Below, in pieces: positions 1 through 10,749 of a DNA stretch of 64,000 nucleotides. Source of the DNA: Mytilus edulis (Eukaryota); assembly GCF_963676685.1 (NCBI RefSeq), contig NC_092353.1:38068001-38132000 (forward strand), given 5' to 3'. The first letter of the stretch is position 1, and each line of letters opens with the position of its first letter. A program made the translations under genes and the position numbers. The notes below the pieces were generated by a model. The model made no database searches. It worked only from the letters and a program-made list of their open reading frames with translations, and was not told the origin of the DNA.

Positions 1-437
1 ATCTCCCATGTTAAGTAATTTCTTCATTAAAGAAAATATAAGTTATCTCCCTTTTATTGTAATTTTAATTGACATAACTATTCAAATATACTTCAATGAA
101 CATTAGGCATACAATTCTAAAATTGTTTAATAAATTGTTTATACTATACATCTTATGAAACTTTGCTATACATTTCTTATAATTATCTTATAAACATGAT
201 AAAACCTTTCTATACATTTCTTATAACCATCTTATAAAACCTTGCTATTATGCTATACATTACTTATAAATTTATAATCATTTTATAAAACTCTGCAATA
301 CATTTCTTAAAATCATTTTATAAAACCCTGCATTACATTTCTTATAAAATTTTGCTATATATTTCTTATAATCATCTTAAACATGTTTTTAAATCTGACT
401 CCACTTAAAAACAAATTCATGACACAAAGTTTGATTT

Positions 438-443
438 TTTATT
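438..443 (-). promoter_or_regulatory. Candidate poly(A) signal AATAAA of ZNF copy A
   Basis: tttatt on plus, ~190 nt past the stop codon; also present in copy B. Weak evidence in AT-rich DNA. Confidence 0.35.
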
Positions 444-631
444 GTACATGTTACAATAAAATGGTATTCATCTTCCATTGCAGCAATATATAAATTTTAA
501 ATGTATGCACAATGACCATATGCATGCATATATATGTATATACAAATAAAGAACATTACTTTATAAAAAGAGCCCTTGCTTATAATATAAGGATACATTT
601 TTTAATCCACTGTTTATACATATATGTCTCT

Positions 632-2275
632 TTAATGATCTTTCCCGGTGTGTATTCTCATATGAACTTTCAGGTTCCCATTCAAAGAGAATTCCTTTTG
701 ACAAACATTACATTCATAACCTTTCTCACCAGTGTGTTTTCTCATGTGTATTTTTAATGATTGACTGTGCCTAAAACTTTCACCACACACATCACATGTA
801 AAACATTTCTCACTACTATGAATTTTCATGTGTATGTTCAAATTTCCACTTTGAATAAAACCTTTACCACACAAATCACATTTATAACAATAATCACCAG
901 TATGTATTCTTTTGTGAACTTTTAAATTGTTTGCATGTTTATAGTTCTTTCCACATATATCACATTTATGAGGTTTTTCATCACTATGTACTTGTAAATG
1001 TGATATCACATGTTTCTTCTGACCAAAATATTTATTACAAATTTCACATTTGTAAGGCTTTTCGCCTGTATGTGTTCTGACATGTGCTTTCAAGTGTGGT
1101 TTCTGCTGAAAAGCTTTTCCACACTCATCACACTTGAAAGGTTTTTCCCCATTGTGTATTCTGGTGTGTAATCGCAAATTGTCAATTCTTTTAAATTTTG
1201 CATCACATACATCACATGTATAGGGTTTATTATCAGTATGTGTTTTTAAATGTTCTTGTAAATGATGTCCGTGTCTAAAATCTGTACCACAAACTTTACA
1301 CTTGAAAGGTTTTTCACCCGTATGTATTCTCATATGTCCTACTAAGTAATCATTACGAGTAAACCTTTTACCACACATTTTACACTCATATGGTTTGTCA
1401 CCAGTATGGGTTTTCATATGAGTTTTCAAAGTTTGGCCTGCTTTAAACACTTTAAAACATATATCACATTCAAAAGTATTCCTTGTTTTATCCGAATGTA
1501 TTTTTTTATGGTGTTGAAAGATTTCTCTCCAAGCAAATGTTTTGTTGCAAACATCATATTTATAAGGCCTTTCACCAGTATGTATTCTCTTATGTGACTT
1601 TAAGTCAGAACCTTGATTAAACTTTTTACCACAAAACTCACATGAGTGATGTTCATCGCCTGAATGTAATCTCATGTGGGTTTTTACATCCGCTTTGCGA
1701 GAAAAACCCTTATTGCAGACATCACATTCAAAGGGTTTCTTGCTTGAATGTATAATCATATGAGCCTTTAAAGAATTATTTTGTGCAAAGTCTTTATTGC
1801 ATATATCACATTTATATGATTTGTCACCTGTGTGCATTTGCATGTGTTTTCGTAAATAAGCTCTCTGTTTTAATTGTTTACCACACACTTCACATGTGTA
1901 TAAAGGTCTTTCCTCACCAGCATGCGTTCTCTTGTGTCTAGATAATGTACCACTATCACTAAACTCTTTACCACATACATCACATTTATATGGTTTCTCA
2001 CCAAAATGGACTCTCATATGCACCTTAAAAACATTTCCATAATTAAAATCTTTTCCACATATGTCACAGTTATACGGTCGTTCCCCATTGTGTATTCTCA
2101 TGTGTGGTGGTAAACTAATTTTGCTTCTGAACTCTTTATTACAAATTTCACATTTGTATGTTTTTTTCTTTTGAGTATGAGTTTTCAAGTGTGTTTGAAA
2201 GTGGTCCTTTCGACGATACTGTTTGTCACATGAAATGCATTTGTAATTTTTTTTTTCACTGTTTTGTGCCATCAT
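632..2275 (-). CDS. C2H2 zinc-finger array protein, 19 fingers, 547 aa, copy A
   Basis: 19 C-x2-C-x12-H-x3-H units with TGEKPY-like linkers. The first ATG is at 2275 (the ORF track starts 18 nt earlier at a non-ATG codon). The whole CDS lies in one exon, with a splice acceptor (tcttttacag|G) at 2537. No effector domain visible. Finger 9 has lost its first Cys (PYKYDVC). Confidence 0.93.
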   Translation of the reverse strand: MMAQNSEKKNYKCISCDKQYRRKDHFQTHLKTHTQKKKTYKCEICNKEFRSKISLPPHMRIHNGERPYNCDICGKDFNYGNVFKVHMRVHFGEKPYKCDVCGKEFSDSGTLSRHKRTHAGEERPLYTCEVCGKQLKQRAYLRKHMQMHTGDKSYKCDICNKDFAQNNSLKAHMIIHSSKKPFECDVCNKGFSRKADVKTHMRLHSGDEHHSCEFCGKKFNQGSDLKSHKRIHTGERPYKYDVCNKTFAWREIFQHHKKIHSDKTRNTFECDICFKVFKAGQTLKTHMKTHTGDKPYECKMCGKRFTRNDYLVGHMRIHTGEKPFKCKVCGTDFRHGHHLQEHLKTHTDNKPYTCDVCDAKFKRIDNLRLHTRIHNGEKPFKCDECGKAFQQKPHLKAHVRTHTGEKPYKCEICNKYFGQKKHVISHLQVHSDEKPHKCDICGKNYKHANNLKVHKRIHTGDYCYKCDLCGKGFIQSGNLNIHMKIHSSEKCFTCDVCGESFRHSQSLKIHMRKHTGEKGYECNVCQKEFSLNGNLKVHMRIHTGKDH

Positions 2276-3519
2276 ATATGTTGTTACTAACACAACTTAT
2301 CAGTCAATATAGTGTATCACTGACATTGATAATGATGTCATATACTCGACTATAACATCTGTTGTTGCCGTCATTAAAAAACTCTGTGACTATATGATGC
2401 AGTGTGTGTTGTGGACATCTTTTCTCATCTTCTTTTCATCAAAAAGTTATCATTAGAAAAATTTGTCTTCTTTTCCTGGTAGTGTCTAATCTGCAGTATC
2501 ACTTAAGCATTAACAGACTTGACAGTCAAAAGAAAACCTGTAAAAGATCAAATCAGAATCAAAAATAAAAATAAATACAAGAAGTTCAAAAGTACCATTG
2601 AAAGTTTCATTGAGTTTATCATAGGGACATTAGCTACCAGATATATAAAAAAATATGTCTGATATTTTTTATTCAATCATTTATGAAAGTAAAATGACAA
2701 TTCGTTTTGGTCAAACAAGTCTCAATAACATTGATGATCAATTATTCACTTGCAAGTGAATACTTCAATCTCATTGAATCTGTATTCATGTGACCTTCAA
2801 TTTAATCCCTTAACTAGAGATCGATTATGCATGTTAAGTAATGAAACGGAAGATAATGTCAACATTAAAACCTGAAATTAAAAAGACAATTGCACAAGGT
2901 TTCTATCTGTTTATGTTTATATCATGTTATGTGACCGTTGTCAGTTTTCAGAGGTCATCTCCATAATCAATTAGATGGCATCTAGACTTTAACACGCACA
3001 AAATTCTGTATACCATCTTGTATATGCATTGTTGACTGTTTCTTTCAGATTTTTTTATATGTGTTTTACTATATCATAAATCAAATATGAGAATTTAAGT
3101 CAAATAGGTGAACATGATTTTTACAACTAGTGCCCCATGAAAGATAAACAAATGATAAATACTTTGTATATTATAGTACATGTACTGAAAATTCCGAAGT
3201 TATTGCATGCATTTATTATTGTGATTTTGTCATATTTACTAAATTGCAATTTTAATTTTTGTGATAATGATATTCAGAAAAATTCTGTCATATCGATCTG
3301 TTTGATTCATTATTGCGATTATAACCCTGTCATGCCTGTTGTATTTTTTGCAATAATAAATTTCTGTATTTAAATTATATAAAAGCAAAAACATACTGCA
3401 GGCCTATGGTAAGATTGAACAGTTTGCAATCATTTATAACTTTTAGATGTCTTATAAATTGTTATGTGTCAAATAGAACCTGATTGTGGAATATCTGTTT
3501 GTCAGGTACAGACATTGAC

Positions 3520-3845
3520 CAGGGTTCTCGTTAAGGATTTTTGAATGCGAGCCCAGGAACTCACCATTTTTGGCCATGATGAGTCCAACAGCAAGAAGAA
3601 AATATTTTATTGCAATAAATGTAATATTTTAGTCTCTATTTCCTAACAGAGCAATGACATTAAATTCAGATCACTTTTAAACTTTAGCTATAAAATGATG
3701 ATATTTGTGTTTAACTCATACTGTGTTCAGTTTATAAAATATTTCAATCTTGATGCATCTGTGGACTCACCAGTTTTGAAAATGGTGAGTCCAGACAGAT
3801 TTTGATGAGTCCAGGACTCATGGACTCGCCTTAGTGAGAACCCTG
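3520..3845. mobile_element. Non-autonomous TIR element with CAG ends and 6-bp TSD (hAT-like); also at 28223-28548 and 44747-45080
   Basis: TIR cagggttctc.. / ..gagaaccctg. In copy C it is flanked by a perfect ATTGAC duplication (44741-44746, 45081-45086). Confidence 0.75.
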
Positions 3846-4364
3846 AAATTTGACCCTATCAGTGGAATTATCTGCAAAATATAAATGTATGAAGATCAGG
3901 ACAATAGCCTCAAATTGATCAATATTTTCCCTTAAAAAAATCATAGCTTGTTCTTTTCCTTATAAAAGGCTACTAGACATGTATCTTTTTTTGAAAAATG
4001 TACATGTATGTTCAATGACTCCAGTTTCCTTGTGTTTTTATTTTATTTTGTATTTTGTTTTTAATGTTGCTCAGTATGTATGTAAACTTTCTGAGGAGTT
4101 GCACTGACAAACTGTTACAGTAATATACTAGGGACTAGGGTCAACATTTTAAATCTCAAAGAGGCATAACTCTTAAAAAAAATATCATAATTTCTTCTTG
4201 ATCATATTGATCACAGACGACACAGAGGGACAGAAGGATCAGGGGCAAATACAGCCATTTTTCATAAGCAATATTTTTTACCTGGGGCTAGTATTAGTTA
4301 TAACACTCCTAGGTGTTATATTTTTAAGTGAGGATTTTGCTAATATACATGATGTATATACATT

Positions 4365-5402
4365 CAGGGGTTAAAAAATGTTGTTACAGATAACTAGCCC
4401 AGGACTTATTGGCAGCAGGATTTTACTAGCCCTGTTCGAAGAACTGCTAGCCCATCAAAACTGACCTGCTAGCACATGTATGCCTTACAAATCAGAGTTT
4501 GCTGCATAATACATGGTGGGTGTCATGTTTTGAAGGGGACATTATACACCGTTTTAAACTAGTTTATTTGCTGGCAGAGAAAACATGTTTATTGGTTTTA
4601 TCGTGTGAAACAAGTGGTTTAATTATTATATTAGTTGTCCACACATACAAGGGAGACCTTTTATTGGGATGCTCGGGAAAACACTGGCAATATTCGCAGA
4701 ACATGGTCTTGGAAATTTCATCCTGGCGCCACAGCCGACCTTGCCCAGGGGAATCTTTCTGTCCATGTCACTAGATATGTTCTTTTCCGCTTTTCCCGAT
4801 TGTATTTTACATTTTTTCTAGATGAATTTTCAGCCTCAATAGTACCCCCTTCATCTACCGATTAATTGAAAATCTCGACAGAAGCAATGTACAATACCCC
4901 CTGTACTGAGAAATCGATATTAAAAGTGTGAGATATTGCAATCAATAGATGATATCTGGCCACCCTGAGTTATTTGTTCTATTTTTAAAACATGTAACTG
5001 TACAACAGAGTTGCGTTCAATATCGTAGGGTTACGTAGTGCTACATAGATTTTTGTCTACTGAACGAGTAGCTAGCCTAGCTGCTATCAATATCTATGTA
5101 GCAGCTAGGCTAGCTACTCGTTCAATAGTCATAAATCTGCATAGCCCTAAGTAGACGCTACGATATTGAATGCAACCCTAGACCTGTACAAACCAGTTCA
5201 AATGCATTGAATCCCGGATGACGTAATTGAATCTGATTGACTAAGATAGAATAGGGATGAAGGGATTTTCCAGTTATCTATTTTGGAAACGCCAATAATG
5301 TTTTGTTACTAGTCCGTCGGGCATATTGGGTTAAAGTTTTGATTGCCCGAGGCGCAAATGATCTAGTCCCGGGCGTCGGGCTAGTGGATTTTTTAACCCC
5401 TG
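4365..5402. mobile_element. Non-autonomous TIR element with 5-bp TSD ACATT (hAT-like); also at 29068-30105
   Basis: 14-bp TIR caggggttaaaaaa / ttttttaacccctg; acatt on both sides; internal ctagccc/gggctag motifs; nested foldback. Confidence 0.75.
5007..5179. mobile_element. Foldback (palindromic) MITE nested in 4365-5402; also at ~29710-29882
   Basis: Outer arms agagttgcgttcaatatcgtag / ctacgatattgaatgcaaccct; perfect inner arms tgaacgagtagctagcctagctgcta / tagcagctaggctagctactcgttca around a 12-nt loop. Confidence 0.75.
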
Positions 5403-6698
5403 ACATTTAAGAGATTCCTTTGCTAATCAATTTTCATTATACTTTTAATAGACATATTTACACATTTGGTAGCATATGGCAAAATCAAGGGTACTTTATT
5501 CAAATGATTTGAACCACATGACTTTGTCCCTTTTGATCAAATTACCTCCCTTAGCTTAAGATTGAAAACATCATTTATTTTAGATTTGCGGATAATCCAG
5601 TCATTTTCCGTAATGTATCTAAAACTAATGTATCTTTAAAAACTTCCTTTGGCAGTATTTACAAAAAATGCTGTTTAATTCTAAGGGAAAATGCTTAAAA
5701 TTTGACCTTTTACAAAATGGGGAGGTTTAAATCATCATGTTTTTAAAAGAATTTGGCCAAAAACTCAAGAAAGCAGGTAAGTTAAAAAGTTTTTTAACTT
5801 TAAAATTCAACCTACAAAGTGTTTCCCTGTATGCAAACAAATCATGAACAATATCTTCTTCCATATATGTATAAATTTCTGTTTTGAATCTTGCTATTTT
5901 AAGATTTTCTTTCATTTTATATGATCTTATATATACAATGTACATAGCAATTATACTATGATTACGCTTCCGATTTTTAAACTAAAAAGGCCGAAAGATT
6001 TCAGAGTAGACAATGTCTATTTGTACACGGACAGAAGCCTTAAAACGTGTACAATTCACCCATATATGCGAACAAATTGTTCATTCGACATAGGTATTGG
6101 CATACTAACATTTTTATTTAAGGGGACTTATACATGTATAATCCTATTGTAATGGCTGCCGTCATGATAAGGCAAAATGGCCGCTATGCAAATTAGCAAA
6201 TTACCCTAAATTTTGCAATAAGAGTCAGCTTAATTTTGTCTCAAAATGACCCATCTGCGATCAGGTGATTGTCCCATGCATGGATAGAAACATTTTTAAG
6301 AAGTGCCTTTGCTTTTGAACTGTTTTATTCTTGTTGTTTTTCATTTGTTGATTTATTTACAGCGCAAGCATGAACTTTGCAACTTTTTTTTTCAAACATA
6401 AACATGCCACCATTTGTGACCAAATACTTTTTGCACTTCTACGTATGTTCAATTTTAGCAACAGCGGTCATGTTTGTGGTTAGAATAAATTTCTGGATAA
6501 ATACATCATACAATATTAAAATGTTAATGTTTTAATTTATCAGTTGGTACTAAAAAAAAAAATACAGGGACCCAACGTGCCTGCGTAGACAAACAGATCG
6601 TTCATTATTTTAAAATTTAGTGTGTACTATATTGAAACAACATGAAATTAAGAAGGGCTAAAAATGAGGAATCGGCGCCAAAAGTGAAGGACAAATAC

Positions 6699-6882
6699 CT
6701 GAAATATTAAATATGTATTTCTCGCTGAAATACTTATATCCTTTTGATATTTCTTTGTCTCCCTGACTCCTACTTCCTGATTTTACAACAGACTCGACAA
6801 AGCTAAAATTGATGGCCGGTAAACAAGTCAAATCCTTCGTAGAAGTATGCTCTGTTAGTTTTTCGATGTCATTTGCCGCCAT
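6699..6882 (-). pseudogene. Orphan first coding exon (MAANDIEK...KYIFNISG), possibly the N-terminus of a SWIM/YqaJ-exonuclease-type transposon accessory protein
   Basis: ATG in aacaatATGGCGGC context, 61 open codons, then donor CAG|GTATTT. The LP..F...KGYKYF..KYI pattern recalls such proteins from memory only. No following coding exon found. Confidence 0.45.
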
Positions 6883-6922
6883 ATTGTTTACTTTAGTGAC
6901 CGAATATAGCCTCGTTCTGAAC

Positions 6923-7926
6923 CTGTAACAATGTATTAGATTTTAGCGAGAGAAATTTATGTATTACTGAAAAATTATTACACCAGGGTTTTCGATATCA
7001 CAAACTGGTCAAAACATTTACTAAATTTTATCACCGGTATAAGGAAATAATTCGTAAATATAACTCAACATGCAGACATCTTATACGTTCAGGTATTTCA
7101 CATCCAAAATTTTATGGAAATATTCTTTATAAAGCACAAAAATGTCAGTATTCTCCTCAGAAACTAACAAAACCTTTAAATAGACTTATTAAAAGGGGAT
7201 ATAGTTACGATACTGTGGTCAGGTCATTAAAGATTGCATATTTTGGCTTTAACATTGATTCACTGATAGGGTCTTTGCATCGGAACTAAACACATTTATT
7301 TCTAAAAAAAACAGTTGTTGGCATGACACGGGTTATGTTCTTCTCATATATTTTATGATAGTATGATACTAAACCCCTAACGGGAGGGATTGTACCTGAT
7401 ATTCATATGATGAAGACATAATCTTTCAATCAGTTTAATTGAGGTCTGGAGCTGGCATGTCAGTTAACTGCTAGTAGTCTATTGTTATTTATGTATTATT
7501 GTCATTTTATTTATTTTCTTTTGTTACATCTTTTGACATCAGACTCGGACTTCTCTTGAACTGAATTTTAATGTGCGTATTGTTATTCTTTTACTTTTCT
7601 ACATTGGCTAGAGGTATAGGGGGAGGGTTGAGATCTCATAAACATGTTTAACCCCGCCGCAATTTTGCGCCTGTCCCAAGTCAGGAGCCTCTGGCCTTTG
7701 TTAGTCTTGTATGATTTTAAATTTTAGTTTCTTGTGTATAATTCGGAGTTTAGTATGACGTCCATTATCACTGTACTATTATGCATATTTTAGGGGCCAG
7801 CTGAAGGACACCTACGGGTGCGGGAATTCTCGCTACATTGAAGACCCATTGGTTGCCTTCGGCTGTTGTTTTCTCTATGGTCGGGTGGTTGTCGCTTTGA
7901 CATATTCACCATTTCCTTTCTCAATT
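6923..7926 (+). mobile_element. 5'-truncated Penelope-like retroelement (RT C-terminus plus 3' UTR)
   Basis: Absent from copy B (empty site gttctgaac-atg-ttatgaat at ~31611-31630). The ATG-less open frame 6924-7289 reads CNNVLDFSERNLCITEKLLHQGFRYHKLVKTFTKFYHRYKEIIRKY...GSLHRN*, matching the DF..R...T.KLL.QG....L...F.KFY.RY pattern of Penelope-like RT thumbs. Ends ...ctcaatttt. Confidence 0.8.
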
Positions 7927-9087
7927 TTATGAATATTTATGAGCATCTCATCAAGAACGGAGTATGGTCATAGATCTATGGAAAGCCAACGGGGTCAAAA
8001 TTCTTAATTCGTAAGTTGTCAATTCGTTACTTGTAACTGTGTAATTTCTAAATTGTTAATTCGTAAATTGTTAATTTGTAACTTGTTACTGTGAAATTCA
8101 TAATGCTATCAATTTGTAACTTGAACCTTTGTAGTTTTCTTAATCGGTAAATTGTCAGTATGTTACTTGTAACTGTGCAATTTCATTCGTAAATTGTCGA
8201 TTTGTAACTTGTACCTTTGTATTAAAATTCCACATTCTTCATTTGTTAATTGTCAATTTGTATAACTTGTAGATTTCAAAATTCCTTATTAGTAAATTGT
8301 CTTTTTGTATATTGATGGTTTGTAACTTGTAACATGTGACTTGTCGATTCGTGAATTGTCGAAGTGTGAAATGTCGAAGTGTAAAATGTCATCGTTGTAT
8401 TATGCTAACGATCATTATGACGACAGATGGCGCTCGGGTTCTTCTTCTGTGTATAAGCCTCCTGTAAGTAGGAGCACCACCATATGGAATATATACCAAA
8501 GGAGTTTAAATCAATTATGTACAGCGCATACATATAAAAGATAACAAATAGATAAATACATTCATTTTGTTTGTTTTATATGGCATGTATAAAAGGGACT
8601 CGGTTTTATATTGAGGTAACTTCGTATAAACATGTTAGTTTACTGTACTGGTCACCAAACCTGCAATGAGGTGTGTCACTTCCTTAATAAGGTATATAGA
8701 TGTGTCGCTGGAACGGGCTCCCTTATCAACTTCGCAAATATATTACTGTCACTTTGCAAGAAATTTCTACTTAATATTTCACCGGGTCAAAACGAGACTA
8801 AAAACGAGACTAAAAACATGAAATATAAGACGGTGCTGGAAAAATACTAATATTGTCCTGGGCCCGCAAATTTTTTGACAACCATCATTCATTAATATTA
8901 TAATCTCAATATTAAAATTTCAGAAAAGAATGTAATTATCTAATGATATGTTTTAATACAAGAAACAAATGGACGAACATTCTTTATTTAGTTGGCTCCT
9001 GAGTAATGAAAATAAATCAGGAATCTGATGTACGTACAGTAGTTTGTTTATGTAATTTATACGTGTTTTCGTTTCTTGTTTTTTTTA

Positions 9088-9287
9088 TATAGATCAGACT
9101 GTTGGTTTTCTCGTTTGAATGGTTGTATACTAGTAATTTTGGGGCCCTTTATAGCTTGTTACTCGGTGTGAGCCAAGGCTCCGCGTTGAAGGCCGTATCT
9201 TGACCTATAATGGGTTACTTTTATAAATTGTTATTTGGATGGAGAGTTGTCTCATTGGCGCTCATACCACATCTTCCTATACCTATA
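9088..9287 (+). repeat. Interspersed repeat ending ...ctcataccacatcttcctata; opposite-orientation copies at ~23759-23950 and ~46919-47045, duplicate at ~32800-33000
   Basis: A shared terminus (atagatata[a/g]gaagat[g/a]tggtatgagt) with variable truncation at the other end suggests retroelement 3' ends; class not determined. Confidence 0.65.
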
Positions 9288-9466
9288 AAAAATGTTTAAT
9301 GATATCATATAAGTACTTTGCAAAACGAACTGAATGAAAAATTATTTTAAATGAGTCACTTAGTTGATGTATACTTTATATCAAAACTGTGTTGAATATG
9401 CACTTTTTTGTAATAAAATCTAAAGGAACCAGAAAACTAATCGAGGCCCTAAAATTTGAGATATTG

Positions 9467-10686
9467 CTGGGCCGTATAACTACATTGAGGCAAATGAGGC
9501 AAATGCCTCATGTTAGAAATTCCCCCCTGCCCCCCCCCCCCCCTAAAAAAAATTGAAACAAAAGATTGTCTTCATATCAAATTGTTTTTTCACGGAAAGT
9601 GTCTTTCAAGACGCAAGTTCTCTTCACTCTTTGGTGTCGCCCCTGCATGTTTTTTTGTTTTTCCATGTTTCTATTTTCCTTTTAGTTTTCAGAGTTGATG
9701 GTCAATTGTTTGTACTTCTGTGTCCCAGGTTTGTCTTTTGTTCATTTATTGTCCTACTTTATGACTATAGTCTGAGCGTTGATTTTCATTTGTAAACGTG
9801 GTTTTGCAATGTTGCATGTCCACCGATGTCCAGACATTGTGCGAGAAAATATTTTAAGAATATACGATGCTACTGGACACAAAAAAAATGGTCCTTTCTG
9901 CATGGATAATTGATATCAAAGAATACAAAACAGTTTTTTTGTAAATAAAACTAGATAGCTGACATGGTTTGAATTAAAGTAAGGTCACCTATTACCCGGT
10001 ATCAAATAATTTGAAAAAAACAACCACAAGGTAGTGCCATATATGACCTTTCACATTGAAGGGTTAAACTTGCATTAAGTCGTGTTAAGAAAATCACCTT
10101 CAGAGGAACTTATCGACACAAAGTCATTGCATAAAAAAATACAAATGATCAATAGTCAAAGTTTTTGTTCCTGTTTTTCATCTTGATAATTGCTGGAGGG
10201 TCTTCAACAATACTTTGAGAGAATCATTAATACCGTAACACAAGGTGAAGAAGTGTCCCTAGTGTGAACTAGTACTTAAAGTATAATACTGCACTGTCAC
10301 TATATTTAAATCTAGTTTAAAAAAAAAGTCTAAGCACAATCCAAGACAAGAACAGATAGACAGATCCGGTATTAATAATTATGAGAATTACAATTTTTGC
10401 TTTATCCTACATATCGGTCTTTTAATGTTGTATCTAGAACCTTAAAGTCTTAAATTACAGTGAATCTATGTTTTTGCTTTGGGACCAGAATATTGTCGAA
10501 AAAAAATAGCAAAAAAAAAAACCCAAAAATTAATTAAGCCGTTTCAATGCAAGGAGAGTCTGGGAAACGTTCAGAATGCACGACTTTGCGTTATTTTTCT
10601 CAGAGCTTCTCCCAAAAAATATTCGCCTCGCTACGCTCGGCAAATGTATTTTGCCTCACTATCAAAAGAGGCTAGTTACAGCCCTG
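9467..10686. mobile_element. Non-autonomous TIR element with 5-bp TSD TATTG
   Basis: Imperfect TIR ctgggccgtataactac / gctagttacagccctg; tattg at 9462-9466 and 10687-10691; tgaggcaaa / tttgcctca subterminal motifs in inverted orientation. Confidence 0.6.
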
Positions 10687-10749
10687 TATTGTCAACCAGA
10701 ATGCTAGAAAACCGCATATATTTTAATGGTCAGGTCAATAATGGGATAT

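Noticed and set aside
140-380. Degenerate ~35-bp repeats (tatacatttcttataa...) downstream of each ZNF copy
   Set aside because: Old low-complexity tandem repeat with no evidence of function.
2276-2293. N-terminal extension MLVTTY in the ORF track
   Set aside because: Starts at a non-ATG codon; copy C begins at the MMAQ ATG.
512-2355. Short plus-strand ORFs overlapping the ZNF CDS (also in copies B and C)
   Set aside because: Antisense shadows of the finger codon pattern; they recur only because the DNA is duplicated.
6699-6882. In-frame fusion of the orphan exon to the ZNF ORF as an effector domain
   Set aside because: Splicing to the 2537 acceptor reaches TAA after 11 codons, well before the ZNF ATG.
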